From Batkoa obscura (taxonomy: Eukaryota), in contig JASVEC010000013.1 of the NCBI GenBank assembly GCA_030770535.1, positions 682,001-746,000 of the forward strand: a DNA stretch of 64,000 nucleotides, in the 5' to 3' direction. This document shows positions 24,270-36,594 of the stretch, piece by piece. Position 1 is the first letter of the stretch, and each line of letters begins with the position of its first letter. A program made the position numbers and the translations under genes. The notes under the pieces were generated by a model. That model ran no database searches and was not told where the DNA came from. It worked only from the letters and a program-made list of their open reading frames with translations.

Positions 24270-25588
24270 TATAAATTTACCAATATTTAATCAAAAAATA
24301 AAAAAATTGTTTGTACATTTAATTTGTTTATATACTTCTCTACCTAAAAGATAATTCTTAATCTATCAAGCTACAAGTCCCAGTATAATGTTTAGATCAT
24401 TTTTGTACCAAGTTTAGTAATAAATATCTTTTTTAAAATAAATTTTACGAGAAGTTTATTTTTCTTTATAATTTGTGGTTTAAAACGGGTCAAAGGGTTT
24501 AGTTAATTATTTTATAAGGTGAGTGTATTATTTACTATTTCAAATACTGATTTATAATTCAACTTGCTAGCATACTCTTTTACTTAAAATCTCACTTATT
24601 GTTATAAGGTTGTGTTTATTACCTTACTATTTACAGAAAATTTGGATAATGTATTTTCTATAAAAGGAGCTTGATATATTAATTTATAAATGAAATAAAG
24701 GAAAATTTACAATATAAAATAAAATATCAAAGGTTTAAAAATAATGTTTATTATTGTAGTGCAAGATATTTATACATATTACAAGTACAATAGATATCAA
24801 ATAAAGATATGCTTTATATATAATAGAAATAAAAAATTAATGTGATACTTAAAATAACTGTATAAATGGAAAAAAAAATTGATTATAAAATTCAAAAAGT
24901 AAACTGTACAAATCAATTTAAATTAATTATAAATTGTGATTTTAATTAACTTTTTTAATTTTTACTTGTAATGCTTTTTAGGTCATTGCTCAATATATTT
25001 TTTCTAATTAAAGGTAAAGTAATATATTAAACGTTTGTTATTTATAATCAACTTTTAGTATAAATTATATAATCATAATTTTATTGTATCTTTTAAATTA
25101 TAGATATTTTATAATAATTTATCATTAAAAAATCAATCTTTTGCTTTTGGATTTTACTATTATATAAAATTAACAAATTGCTATCAAGTTTATACAAGTA
25201 ATAAAATACCATTTAACTATTAATTAAAATAGCTAATATATTTAAATAAAATAAATCTCTATTAGAACACTACGCTTGGTCAATGATTTATAGTGTTGTG
25301 CTATAAAATTTTATATATTGTTTGAGGAAGCGCATTTTTAAAGCTTAGATATGGTAATAAAGAAAATATTTGCAAGTTTAAAACAGATAGGAAAAAAAGC
25401 AGCCTTGTTCAAAATTTTAATAACCCATTCCTTTATTTTAACGGGTTATGTCCGCCAACTTTATTAACTGGACTTAACCAATATATAGCAAAAATATTTA
25501 GCTAATAAAACTAATTCTTGAAAACTGACTAGATCTCAGTAAAATTTTAATTTAAATAATTTATAATAAATCAAAAGTTATGGTCCTA

Positions 25589-25691
25589 TATGGAGATGTA
25601 TTTTTTTGTTTAAGAATTTTATTAACAATCTTTCCACTCAAATGGCGCTTAAAAATGGAAAAAATGATGAAACCAAAAATGACATCCTCTA
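25589..25691 (+). mobile_element. MITE-A copy
   Basis: TATGGAGATGTATTTT...GACATCCTCTA with family internal sequence. Confidence 0.88.
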
Positions 25692-25750
25692 ATGTTGACT
25701 AAGAAAATACAATCCAATTAAATAAAATCAAAATATTATAATATACGAAG

Positions 25751-26080
25751 ATCAATAATATTTAACAAAGAATGGTAATAAGCAAAGAAGATTTTGAAAT
25801 AAAACGTAAAGTTGATAATATAAAAGGAATTGAGAGCTATGAGTTATATACCAATAGTTAAAGAAAGTTTTATTTGGCTTTAGTAGGATTAAACGGGTCA
25901 ATGGCTACAATGACTTTAACTATCTTTCATATTACTTTATTATAAATTAAAAAAGATTTTGATATTACCTATACTTTGAGTGATGTTACTTTTCCTCTTT
26001 TTATACTTATATTAATTCTTGTCCCGTCAGTATGGGATATAGGCCCAGCTTTGTTTAGCTCTAAATATAGGAGCTCTTAA
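25751..26080 (+). pseudogene. Internally deleted relic of the DHA1 MFS gene at 20928
   Basis: Matches the first ~300 nt of 20928-22313 (e.g. TTTTATTTGGCTTTAGTAGGATTAA) fused to its last ~30 nt (GCTCTAAATATAGGAGCTCTTAA vs GCTCTAAGTTTAGAAGCTCATAA); start lost, in-frame stops. Confidence 0.85.
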
Positions 26081-27574
26081 ATTCTATTTAACAAACAGAT
26101 ACTTCGAAATTGAATAATACTTTTATTTAATAGTTTTTTATTTCCATATAATATATCTGTTAAATTAAACTGTCTAATCTAAGATCTTATCATTAGAAAT
26201 ATATATAATTTTTATCTATTCCAATAACTCAACTTATAAAAAACTTTATTATAAAATGACCTTCTGTCATACATAATGACTTGAATAAAAAACCATTATG
26301 GTTTTATATCCTTCGTGGAAGTAATGCTAATATAAAATATTATAATTGCTAAATCATACTTCTTTATAAAACAAAACTATTTTATTAATGATTTTCATTG
26401 TTCCTGGGTACTCAGAGTTTTTAAATGATATTTCATTTTACCCTTATTAAAATTTTGTTTTAAATAATAAGGCCTGACTATTTGTAAAATCTGGAATGAT
26501 AAAATCCTTCGTGGTTCTTTAACTCTCTCTCCTAACTTAACTTGTATTTCATTGTCTCTCTATTATTAATAACTAAAATAAAGTAATACTGTTCTTATAA
26601 ATGATCACTTATCTCAAAAATTAACGAATTTTTTAAAAGAGTCAATGCATTTTTTAAAAGCGTTGATATTATAAAGTGATACAGTAAAATACCATAGTTT
26701 AATAAGACAGTAGGGTTTTTATAAAGAATGAGTATTGCCCATTCTTGACAACGATTTTCAATGAATTTCAAATATTATTTCCAATTATTCAAAACCAAGT
26801 TAAAAAAGTTTATTCATTAAATACAAAAGTTAAATAAATTTATTTGAAATTTTACTCTAAGTATACTTGAAATAATATATTATCATATAATAAATTTAGT
26901 CAAAATTAATTAAATTTTGTATGAAATTTTTATTGAATAGAGAATACTTTCCTAAAAGATTCTATGGTTTTTATGCTTGTAATTTCGCACTATAGGATAG
27001 CGGTATAATGAATCTTCTTTAATATTCTATGAGTTTGAAAAAAAACAACTAGTTTGTTCATAATTTAACATGCCTTCAGTAATAATACTTATTTTGTTCA
27101 TAACTATTTCATTATATTCTTTTGAAAAGTTATACGTAAAGAGGCGTAACTGTAAAGTTAATAAATATCGACTAATAAAAGGTGAGAATTAGAAATATTA
27201 TCCTTTTAAACTATGAAAAAATAGTTTCTATTATATGATTTTATTTCAAACCTCCCAAAAACCCTCAACAGTGATGAAGTTCTTATTACTAATTTAAATA
27301 AAATATATTCAGGTGATTGATTTAGAGAGGAAAATTTAAAGTTAAATTATATCGTTTTTTATCCATAAGCGTAATTTAAAAAATTAGAACAAAATTATTC
27401 AAATTAAGCTATAAAAGTTAATTAAACGTATTCATTCACAAAGTAATAGTCGCAAAATAATTAGAATAGAATTTTATTATGGTTCAATCAATGGACAAAA
27501 ACATAAACAGAGCCGGAATAACTAATCAAAATATTCAATAGATTGAAATGTTTAATAAATTAAATAGAATAATA

Positions 27575-28345
27575 TTATAGCGTAGAGGATGTGAAGAGGG
27601 AAGAAGATCTACTTTTAATCGTATCTTCAATTAGCTTATCTTGAGTAAAAACATATTCTTCAGGAAGTTCTTCATCAATATCTTCTGGATCACCGCCAAT
27701 TGAAGCATAGATTTCTTTCATACTTGGATACATTGCAAATTTTTTAGGTCGAAAGTCATAAACTATTTCTCCATTTGTATTGATGACGAATGTCCCACCA
27801 AGTTGACGAAGATCACCTTTGAAGTTGATTACCATACCATTCAAGTTCAAATTCAACATTAATTTCATTATATATTTATTTACCATACATGACATATGAT
27901 ACATTCTTGTAACCTTCGTTAAACCAGCAGCTTTATATACACTTTTTTCTGGATCAATATAAATATCCCATCTCCAATAACCACAAGATAAGAATGACTT
28001 CAAATCTACATCTTCAAATACGACAGCAGCTAATCCAATACCTTGTCTTTCAAAAAATGGTTGTAAATCAGACATCAATTTAGCTTCATGCATGCAAAGA
28101 GTACAACCTAATCTAGCTAATACTTTCAATATCACTGGTCTCTTTTTCCATATATCACTCAATAACACCTCATTACCATCAACTGTCCTTACTTTTATAC
28201 CCTCAAATATACTAGCATCTATCTTATTCCTTTCACGATATTTTCTTATTAATTCTTCTAAAGACTCGGAGGATAACCTTTTTTCTTGTATAGGTTTGTC
28301 AAAAGTTTCATCTGAGCTTCTATGAAAGCATCCAAAGTAGTACAT
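27575..28345 (-). CDS. AhpC/TSA-type redoxin, paralogue 4, CTLC motif
   Basis: ATG at 28345 (MYYFGCF) aligns with the paralogue 3 start; RLGCTLCM; GDLRQLGGTFVI; 256 aa. Confidence 0.88.
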   Translation of the reverse strand: MYYFGCFHRSSDETFDKPIQEKRLSSESLEELIRKYRERNKIDASIFEGIKVRTVDGNEVLLSDIWKKRPVILKVLARLGCTLCMHEAKLMSDLQPFFERQGIGLAAVVFEDVDLKSFLSCGYWRWDIYIDPEKSVYKAAGLTKVTRMYHMSCMVNKYIMKLMLNLNLNGMVINFKGDLRQLGGTFVINTNGEIVYDFRPKKFAMYPSMKEIYASIGGDPEDIDEELPEEYVFTQDKLIEDTIKSRSSSLFTSSTL

Positions 28346-29927
28346 TATAAATTGATTACTATTTGAATAAAAGATAAAATAAGCATTTATATTTAAGTCC
28401 TTTGGTTGTTTATATACTTTTCGATCCAAAATTTAATTCTTAATCTCTTAAGTCATAAATCCCACTTAAGTATTTAGATCATTTTCATCCCAAGTTCAGT
28501 AATAAAGTTATATTTTTAATTCAAGATTTAAGTAAACTTAACTTTATAATTTGTGGTTTAAAACAGGATCAAAGGGAGTGTCAGTTTATTATTAAGAAAA
28601 TCAAATTCTTTAACGTCTTATATTTGTTTTACTACTATATCTTATTATTATATTGTTTTGAGTAAAATTATACTAAATTAACTATTACTTTAATATATTA
28701 GTTATCACCCATACTGTAAAAAAATAAACCAATCTAAGTCAACTTTTAAAAAATAGTGGATTCTTGCATTGTTACCTATTCTATTAAATAATGTAGAACT
28801 GTAATTAATGAACAAATGACCTTATAACCAGGTTGATTACCTTTAAAAAAAACAAATTTTATGTTTTTATATTTTAAGAAAGAATAATAACTTGCTAATA
28901 ATATCAACTTTTAAATTCGTAATCTAGCTACATTTAATATATGGTTTTATGTATGTGATATGACAATATCTTCATTAACTTGATTCATATTGTGATAGTA
29001 TTGATCCAATCTTATAAAAAAATTAAGGTTTGATTCTATTCAAAAATATAAACATAATAAATCGAAAGCAAAGAACAATAATTAATCGCTGTTAAAAGAG
29101 GGAACAACTTTTAAATTAGCTAATTAAAGGAATTAAAGAAAAGTGCTAAATATGGGTATTTTAAAAATAAGTCAAGCTTACTCAATTTAAATTTAATTTG
29201 AAGTCAAATATCATTGGTTTAAAGTTCTAACTTTGATTTTAAAAAAAGGAATTTACGTTATCAAAATTAATTAGTATGGTATACAACCATACGTGTGATA
29301 ATAATCTTATGTACTTTAATAAAAGGTAATTATAAATAATCTAAAACCAGATATATTTTTATTTTAAAATAATTGTTGATATTATAAGTATATTTATTGA
29401 CTTATTTAATGTATTGTGATATAAATTGAGCATGTCAAAATGAGCCAATATTTATACATTACTTGTTCAATAGATAATAAACGATAAGTTTGAATCCGGA
29501 ATTAAGATGGAGTCCTCATATATTGCATAAAAAACGATATAATATCACTAATGATCTAAATTTGTAATCAAGAACAATAGGCAAAGTGAAAATAGTTTTG
29601 TATATTAGTGCTTACCCATATGCGGAAAAATTAAGTATTCTAAGTTTATTTTATTACCGCTGTTATTGCTAAACCTGAAACAATTAAAGATCAAATTTGA
29701 TTTACTAAATAAACAACTTTCAAAACTGATGTAGTCAAATTAAATTACTTACCTTGACTTTAATTCAAAATATTTTGCTTTACATTGGCCCCCTCTCTGT
29801 TTGACCCATGCATCTAACATACTTGGAATCTTTTAAGAATAAAATACTTGGAAGTTTTGATTCTTTCAATATTTAAGTAAGTTTAAAACCTCAGTTCTTT
29901 TTAACCAAACTTTTCAACTAGTCTATA

Positions 29928-30032
29928 TATGGGGATGTTTTTTTGCATTTAAGAATTTTACTAACGGTTTTTCCGCTCAAATAGTGCTTAAAGAATGGAA
30001 AAAGTGATAAAGTCAAAAAAAACACCTTCATA
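29928..30032 (+). mobile_element. MITE-A copy
   Basis: TATGGGGATGTTTT...TACTAAC...CACCTTCATA. Confidence 0.88.
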
Positions 30033-30257
30033 TTATATTATTAGATAAGTATTTTGATATGATTTTAAATAATGATAAATAAAAAATATGTTATAAAATT
30101 ATAAAACTATAAAATCATAAAATAAATTGTATTTATATCACTTAGACCATTAAAAAACCTTACTTTAAATATTAAATTGTGGATTTCATGTAGGAATCCC
30201 AAAAAGCTTTAATTGATAATGTTATAAATACTTTGTAAATGATAAAATAAGGTATTA

Positions 30258-30366
30258 TATGAGGATATATTTTTTTGTTTAAGAATTTTACTAACAAATA
30301 ACCTTTCCGTTCAAACAGCGCTTAAAGAATGGAAAAAATAATGAAATCAAAAAAAACATCCTCATA
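30258..30366 (+). mobile_element. MITE-A copy
   Basis: TATGAGGATAT...TACTAAC...ACATCCTCATA. Confidence 0.88.
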
Positions 30367-30733
30367 TATAAATAGTGTTTGAATCATATCTTATTATGTA
30401 TATTAATAAATGGTTTTTAGATTATAACAAAACAAACCAAGTAAGCTTATTGTTATGTGTTATAAATTTAATTTTTTAAAACCTATATGTATATTTTTTT
30501 AAATATTCATAACATTATTTTTAAATACAAGCTTAATAAATATTTAAAAAAATTTAATAGTTTAAAATTATAAAAAATTGGTCACTATTTTTTATAAGAG
30601 ATAAATTAAAAATTATTAAAAAGTATATTAAAATCTAAATATTTATAAATAAAATGACTTATCAGTACTATATTAATGATATGATCAAATACTATTTTTA
30701 TTAATGTAAAGAACTCTTTTTACAAAACAACAA

Positions 30734-30837
30734 TATGAGGATGTATTTTTTTGTTTAAGAATTTTACTAATAATCTTTCCGCTCAACAGTGCTTAAAAAA
30801 TGGAAAAAGTAATGAAATCAAAAAAAACATCCCCATA
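30734..30837 (+). mobile_element. MITE-A copy
   Basis: TATGAGGATGTATTTT...ACATCCCCATA. Confidence 0.9.
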
Positions 30838-31473
30838 TAAACAATTCAAAGCTCAATATTAATATTAAAAAAAAAACAATTTAAAATTTCATCCCTTAAA
30901 CGATCTAAAAAGTATAGGCTTATTTATTTAACACTTAAAAATCTAGATACAAAGAATAAACAGTTTTGAACTCTAGAATCCAAAAGCTAATGAAGTCAAC
31001 TATATTTATAAACTAAAGCCGAAATTATAACACAGAACTAGGGCTGCTCTTTATATTAAATATTAGGCTAAAGCTTAGTTCAGCTTAATAGTATTCATCA
31101 AAAGCATTGACGCCTTATGTTTGAGCTATAATATATGTCTTCAATTTTGCATTTATAATCTAAAATCTAATAATCAATTGGATTGTAGAGGAATAAATTT
31201 GTGATAGTAACTATTATTCAGCATATTTATTGAATTATATTATTAATTTATTTTTAATTTTATTAACGTTTATACTCATGATCATGTTTCAAGAGCTTTA
31301 ACGTTTCAAATCCAAAAAATTAAATTAACGTTTACCAGAATCTTTTTAAACTTTTTTAATTATTCATTCTTTTATAAGACTATGTTAAAATGAGCTGGTC
31401 TTCAATTAAAATCAAATTAAAATCAAATTAAAATCAAATTAAATCATCAATTGAATTTTAGTAGAAAAGAATT

Positions 31474-31638
31474 TAAAGCTGCTGCAGTCTTTTTGTGACT
31501 ATTTTAGCGGTACTTTTTATAACAAGTTAGTTGTATAACAGATTTTCTAAAGCTTGGTTGCTATATTTTAATCAAATACAGGGTAAATTTTCTTAAATGG
31601 GTAGTTGATAAAGTCGTAAAAGAACTGCAACAGTTCTA
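31474..31638 (-). mobile_element. MITE-B copy (~165 bp, degenerate)
   Basis: Terminal inverted repeat AGCTGCTGCAG / CTGCAACAGTT; reverse complement aligns along its length with 43391-43554. Confidence 0.7.
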
Positions 31639-31897
31639 TTTTGCTAGTTGGTATTCTGATATTCCAACTCAACTGAGCTTATTATTTGTTGGGTCGATTC
31701 ATTTTTTATGGAACTGTTTATTGTGGATCAATTGAGAAGTCTAAATTTTATTATGCTATAATTTTTAGCTGCATAATCTGATTTTATTTTTAAAAATTTT
31801 CTTACTTTTAGAACAAAGGACATATTATTTAATGATAATAATAAATTTTTCGTGGTAAAAAAACATCAAAACAAATAAATAAACAGAATGCTTATAT

Positions 31898-31935
31898 AAT
31901 CAAAATCAAAATCAAAATCAAAATCAAAATCAAAT
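31898..31935. repeat. (AATCAA)n microsatellite
   Basis: About 6 units, roughly 310 bp upstream of redoxin paralogue 5. Confidence 0.85.
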
Positions 31936-32248
31936 CCGATATATAAAGAAAAAGGTAATGGCATTATACTTATTGGATCTTATCTTAGCTTAATTTCATG
32001 TAATAAAATTTTTGTATTGTCGCAAATGCATAGATTAAATGCCTGAATAAAGTTAATGCATAAACAATGGTAAAAGTTAAAGGAGCAAATGAATAAAAAT
32101 AGCTGAATTATGAGTAATGAAACTAAAACCCATTAATGGTAATTTGATTTTAAAGATGTTAATCTATTTCAATTATGCTAATTATTCAACAAATGTATAT
32201 AAGGAGATAGAATAAGACTATGATTTTTATTATTCAAATAAAAAATAA

Positions 32249-33052
32249 ATGTTTCCTTTTTGCACTTGCTTCCTAGGCAATTCAAAACCTTCCGAAACTT
32301 TTGGTGATGAGTTAGAAAAAAGACAGTCGAGTGAGTCTTTAGAAGAATTAATAAGAAAATATCGCGAAAAAATTAAAATAGATGCTAGTATATTTGAGGG
32401 TATAAAGGTGAAAACGATTGATGGTAATGAGGTGTTATTGAGTGATATATGGAAAAGGAGACCAGTGATATTGAAAGTATTAGCTAGATTAGGTTGTACT
32501 CTTTGCATGCATGAAGCTAAATTGATGTCTGATTTACAACCATTTTTTGAAAGACAAGGTATTGGATTAGCTGCTGTCGTGTTTGAAGATGTAGATTTGA
32601 AGTCATTCTTATCTTGTGGTTATTGGAGATGGGATATTTATATTGATCCAGAAAAAAGTGTATATAAAGCTGCTGGTTTAACGAAGGTTACAAGAATGTA
32701 TCATATGTCATGTATGGTAAATAAATATATAATGAAATTAATGTTGAATTTGAACTTGAATGGTATGGTAATCAACTTCAAAGGTGATCTTCGTCAACTT
32801 GGTGGGACATTCGTCATCAATACAAATGGAGAAATAGTTTATGACTTTCGACCTAAAAAATTTGCAATGTATCCAAGTATGAAAGAAATCTATGCTTCAA
32901 TTGGCGGTGATCCAGAAGATATTGATGAAGAACTTCCTGAAGAATATATTTTTACTCAAGATAAGCTAATTGAAGATACGATCAAAAGTAGCTCTTCTTC
33001 TCTTTTTTCCTTTTCATCGAAAAATCAATCGTCTTACCCTTCTTCTATTTAA
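32249..33052 (+). CDS. AhpC/TSA-type redoxin, paralogue 5, CTLC motif
   Basis: RLGCTLCM, GDLRQLGGTFVI; core nearly identical to paralogue 4 in inverted orientation; 267 aa. Confidence 0.88.
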   Translation: MFPFCTCFLGNSKPSETFGDELEKRQSSESLEELIRKYREKIKIDASIFEGIKVKTIDGNEVLLSDIWKRRPVILKVLARLGCTLCMHEAKLMSDLQPFFERQGIGLAAVVFEDVDLKSFLSCGYWRWDIYIDPEKSVYKAAGLTKVTRMYHMSCMVNKYIMKLMLNLNLNGMVINFKGDLRQLGGTFVINTNGEIVYDFRPKKFAMYPSMKEIYASIGGDPEDIDEELPEEYIFTQDKLIEDTIKSSSSSLFSFSSKNQSSYPSSI

Positions 33053-34393
33053 ACTATTTATTACTAGTCATGTAAATTTTAATAAAATTAATTTTAATTT
33101 AAGCCCAACATAGTTTGGTTTAAAAACCAATAATATTTTAAAATAATTTCTATTATCGATAATAGTAGCATAAAAATATAAACTCATTGAGCTTTTTAAA
33201 ATATATTTATTTAATGAGTAATGTTATTCTAACTTTTTTGCTTTTTATTTAATACAAAAACAATTTATAAATTTATAGAACAAATTACTATGATTATGGA
33301 TAAACTTAAAAATCAGTTAAAAGGAAAATAAAAATTTCCTAGTTGGATTTAAGTTTAGCTTTGCAAACTTTGTATAGGAATCTTCTTTCTTATCATTTCC
33401 CTCTTTTTTATGTAGTGTAAACTTTAAAAAATAGATGGCTAAATAACATCCAAAGGGTACTCCCATATGGTTACTTCAAAAATTCAATAAGCCACTCTTT
33501 TAACAATGTGTGTGTTTAACAATTTCTACAAATCAAAACCAGGTAAAAATTGTACACCGAGTTTAAACTAACTTCAAACAGTATAAAGTTTACTAAACAA
33601 GTGATTATTTTATAATATTTTAAAAAATTCAAGACTCATACTTTGTAATGTTTATTTAAGGTAAAAATGAATTAAGATTTTGAGGTGGTGCAAATTGGAA
33701 TAACGAGTCTCGATTGAATAGATCAAGAACCAACAAGACGACGGTATTGTTAAAAGACGAGAAAAGGGTGTCAGTTAGTTTTTCAGGATAGTTACATTGC
33801 TGTGATTTCTTAAGGTGAAGGATATTAGAAAGTTTTTTGATATTGAGATTTTTGCAGCTAGGAAAGAATGAAGTAGGTATAGATGAAAAAGGTGGAAGGA
33901 AATTTTAATATGTAACGGGTCAATATTAAAAAAATAGCTCCAATGATAGTTAGGAAGAAAGTGTAATTAATTTCAGTAAAAAGACCCGGAAATGGTACTG
34001 AATCCTCAGTTTTGGGGATAACTGTGAATGGGAAAGAGGAGGAAAAAGTCAACCAAATCGAATTTCAAAGGTCACTTAGCAAAAAGATAATGATTGAAAC
34101 GATGCTGACAGGCTTTGTTTAGGGATATAATGTTTATTTTGGAATAAATGTCCAAAGTTGAGTGCTTCAATTTCTGGGACGATTTATATGGCACTGTATT
34201 AAAACACCCAAACCATTTTTTTATCAGTATAAAAATGAATAATAATCAACCATTAGTATAATTCTTCCTATTTTAAAAAAAATATAATATTTTTATTAGT
34301 TTTATTATAATAATAATATTTTTGCTGTTTTAATAATTTATTATAAGCTCTATAATCAACTTTAAGAAATATAAATATTATTGATATAGTTTA

Positions 34394-35050
34394 TTATACG
34401 CTAGCAAATTTCTTAAGGTTAGCAGAGCTGCCATTAAAATAATCTTGGTCACCAGGGTTTGGACCACTATCAGCATATTGCCAAAAAGTATGGAAGGACC
34501 AACCAGCTGGTAAAGCTCCAGGAGAGCTTCCCCAACGAGCAATCCATAATGGATTAGTGCTCCCAAAGCTAGCATTATTGCCAGTGCATTGTTGCCACCA
34601 ACTTGTAGTAGTATAAATTACTGGATATCTACTAGTTTTAGCATGGTAGGTGTTACTAAAATCCCGAATCCAATTAACCATAGCTGCTTGAGATAAACCA
34701 CTACAACCGGCTTCAAGATCAAGAGCACCAGGTAAAGTTCTACCATCACTACTCCATCCCCCACCATTAGCTACAAAATAATTAGCTTGAGCAGCACCAG
34801 AAGAGGATCCAGGACGGGCAAAATGATAAGCACCACGAATTAAACCTACTTTTGTTGCACCAGTGTATTGAGAGTTAAATTGTGGACTCTTATAATTGGT
34901 ACTTTCAGTTGCTTTAATATAAGCAAATTCAACCCCGTTTGCTTTAACAGTATTCCAATTAACATTAGGTTGCCAACCACTCACATCTATTCCTTTTGGA
35001 TTAGCAGCTAATGTTATGCCAGCAAATGCAGTAATAATAAACAATTTCAT
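34394..35050 (-). CDS. Secreted GH25 (Chalaropsis-type) lysozyme/muramidase, 218 aa
   Basis: Signal peptide MKLFIITAFAGITLA from ATG 35050; GIDVS, FAYIKATE, GAYHFARP, GGGWSSDGRTLPGALDLE, WIARW, FWQY, GDQDYFNG. Confidence 0.95.
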   Translation of the reverse strand: MKLFIITAFAGITLAANPKGIDVSGWQPNVNWNTVKANGVEFAYIKATESTNYKSPQFNSQYTGATKVGLIRGAYHFARPGSSSGAAQANYFVANGGGWSSDGRTLPGALDLEAGCSGLSQAAMVNWIRDFSNTYHAKTSRYPVIYTTTSWWQQCTGNNASFGSTNPLWIARWGSSPGALPAGWSFHTFWQYADSGPNPGDQDYFNGSSANLKKFASV

Positions 35051-35198
35051 AATTTCAATTAAATTTAACAAATAATTAAATAATAAAAGTGTCGTATTTA
35101 TAGGGTCTAATTCTTATGTTAAATGACAAAATTAAGAATGACTTCATTTTTAAAACAATTGATAAAGGGATAGACATTTATTCAACACACGAATAAAA

Positions 35199-35302
35199 TA
35201 AGGGGATGTATTTTTGTGTTTAAGAATTCTACTAACAATTTTTCACTCAAATAGCGCTTAAAAAATGGAAAAAATAATGAAGCCAAAAAAAACACGTCCA
35301 TA
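35199..35302 (+). mobile_element. MITE-A copy in the lysozyme upstream region
   Basis: TAAGGGGATGTATTTT...TACTAAC...CACGTCCATA; about 150 bp upstream of the lysozyme ATG. Confidence 0.88.
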
Positions 35303-36491
35303 AAATTTATACTTAAAACAGCTTGAATCAAATGTATTTTGTATTTTATAATTTATAGTTAACCCTATTTAATGAACTTAATAATATAAATAGCTATAGC
35401 CATTAAATTCATATTAGGAAGGATGGACCACAAGTTGAAAACAACGAAAGACATCTAATTGCAAGCTGTTATATACTATAATTATAATAAAATAAATCGA
35501 TTTGTTTTAATTTTTTACTATCTCAAGGCTTGTAATTATCTTTACGCTATTTTAAGCACTCAAAAACTAGCATAAAATGAAATAATTTATAATCCAAAGT
35601 GCGAAGGTCATCAGCTAGCTTTTCACCTTTTTTGGGCAAATTAGATTTGATATTAAAGCTTTGTAAATCAATATTCTTTTAAAAATACTACTGTGCTTTT
35701 GTTATATTTTTTTTTTGAGCTGAGTAATTTAGTCAAAACTATATAAAATGGAATTAAAGATATATTTAGAAAAATTAGTTACATGTGCAACAAAATTAGC
35801 ATAATTAGTAAAAATTACTATGATTCAAATGAAACACAATCGCCCTTTTTATTTGTCATTATTTTCATTTTAGTATTTTCATTATAAGAACATATTCTAA
35901 TATTATTTTAGGCTTTGAATAAAGATAATAGCAAATTAAAAAGTTTGATTACGTTTAGTTTGAAGCAGTAGTAATGTTAGCAGAATGTAAGATTTTCGCC
36001 AATTTAAATAAAAACATTGGTAAATTTAATAAACTACTTATAAACAAACAAATTTGGGTTTATTGACATACTTTTCATTTATTTATCATATTTGATTATT
36101 TTTATAAAATTTTAATAATTACTTTAATTATTAAATGTTAAAAACTAAAGCAAAAAACTTATCACTTTTTAACAAAAAGCGTTATTTTTTTAATATTTTG
36201 ATATAAAAAGTTTTAAAAGTTAAACAATTTGAGTATTATTACTATAATAAAAGTTTTTTTTTTAAGCTGACAAAAACTTAAGCTTTAAACTTTAGCTGAG
36301 GGGAAACAGTAATAGTAAAAGCTTTTTTAATTAATACTTTATAATTTAAAATGTTTATATTTATTTTTAAACTAAATAATTTATTATTAGCATGTTTAAA
36401 TAAATATAAATATAAATATAATAATACTATAAAACAAACTTATTATAAATATAAAAATTATTATTTAAAATTACTGCATTTTAATTAAAAA

Positions 36492-36594
36492 TATGGGGAT
36501 GTATTTTTGTTTAAGGATTTTACTAACAATCTTTCCACTCAAATAGCGCTTAAAAAATGGAAAAAATAATGAAACCAAAAAAAACACCCCCATA
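36492..36594 (+). mobile_element. MITE-A copy (close to consensus)
   Basis: TA|TGGGGAT GTATTTTTGTTTAAGGATTTTACTAACAATCTTTCCACTCAAATAG CGCTTAAAAAATGG...ACACCCCCA|TA; 99 nt between the TA dinucleotides. Confidence 0.92.

Noticed and set aside
28092..28325. Antisense ORF repeated at 32230-32508 (and similar at 51825-52028)
   Set aside because: Shadow ORFs on the opposite strand of the redoxin genes.
28346..28429. N-terminal extension of redoxin paralogue 4 given by the ORF track
   Set aside because: Starts at TTG and corresponds to the upstream region of paralogue 3; the ATG at 28345 aligns with the paralogue start.
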